Position numbers and translations under genes: made by a program. From a virus, in IMG/VR virus record IMGVR_UViG_3300029985_000017, positions 1 through 64,000 of that record: 64,000 nucleotides of DNA. The stretch is one strand, 5' to 3'. The notes under the pieces are model-generated. The model did no database searches. It had not been told where the DNA came from and saw only the letters and a list, made by a program, of their open reading frames with translations. Positions 63,874-64,000 of the stretch are shown here, piece after piece. The stretch's first letter is position 1. The number at the start of each line of letters is the position of its first letter.

Positions 63874-64000
63874 GTACCCGAACACTTCTTACAGATGGAA
63901 CCGAATCTGATATTACCCCAAAAGAACTTCAATCTATTGAAAAGTTCAAAGAAGAAGGCATGCCTGGGCTTCATGCCGTAGTTACGAATCCTGTTACTAT
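63870..64000 (+). CDS. partial hypothetical protein (runs off window)
   Basis: ATGA overlap; open to window end. Confidence 0.6.
   Translation, partial: MSTRTLLTDGTESDITPKELQSIEKFKEEGMPGLHAVVTNPVT

Noticed and set aside
1-64000. Alternative genetic code (stop-codon reassignment)
   Set aside because: Core genes are intact under code 11 and TAA, TAG and TGA all end tightly packed genes; only one isolated in-frame stop was seen.

Overview
A 64-kb piece of a large, AT-rich tailed phage genome (myovirus, standard genetic code); no host chromosome is visible. 1-9.1 kb is a co-oriented early/accessory region with a T3-type SAM lyase, a pentapeptide-repeat protein, lipoproteins (one collagen-like with a PA14 domain), tRNA-Ile(UAU) and a tyrosine recombinase. 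About 10.3-10.9 kb holds a candidate origin (iterons plus a wHTH initiator-like gene). 11.6-22 kb has membrane/lysis-like genes, two papain-fold proteases and fibre-like proteins. 22-57 kb is the virion module, split over both strands: SPO1/Twort-type major capsid, scaffold, portal, terminase, prohead protease, neck, sheath, tube, MuF-like protein and an M15 endolysin, with three freestanding nucleases. 57-64 kb encodes GroEL, an SF2 helicase, a sigma factor, a GroES-like protein and an Mre11/SbcD nuclease. Lipoboxes and an outer-membrane beta-signal suggest a diderm host (inference). Main candidate system: late proteins punctuated by a hydrophobic-x-K/(S,A,G)E motif matching the predicted capsid maturation site, which looks like protease-released capsid cargo. 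One cargo polyprotein carries an Acb1-like 2H phosphoesterase and a GNAT. The same late cluster encodes an mCpol (Cas10 palm-like) protein ending in a dnaX-style -1 frameshift signal. Other highlights: an HNH-Mom fusion, a late DUF3494 ice-binding-domain protein, a capsid N-arm copy inside the prohead protease, three promoter classes (sigma54-like, leaderless extended -10, late AATCTTTA) and a four-hairpin leader. All family calls come from motif recognition by eye; no searches were run.
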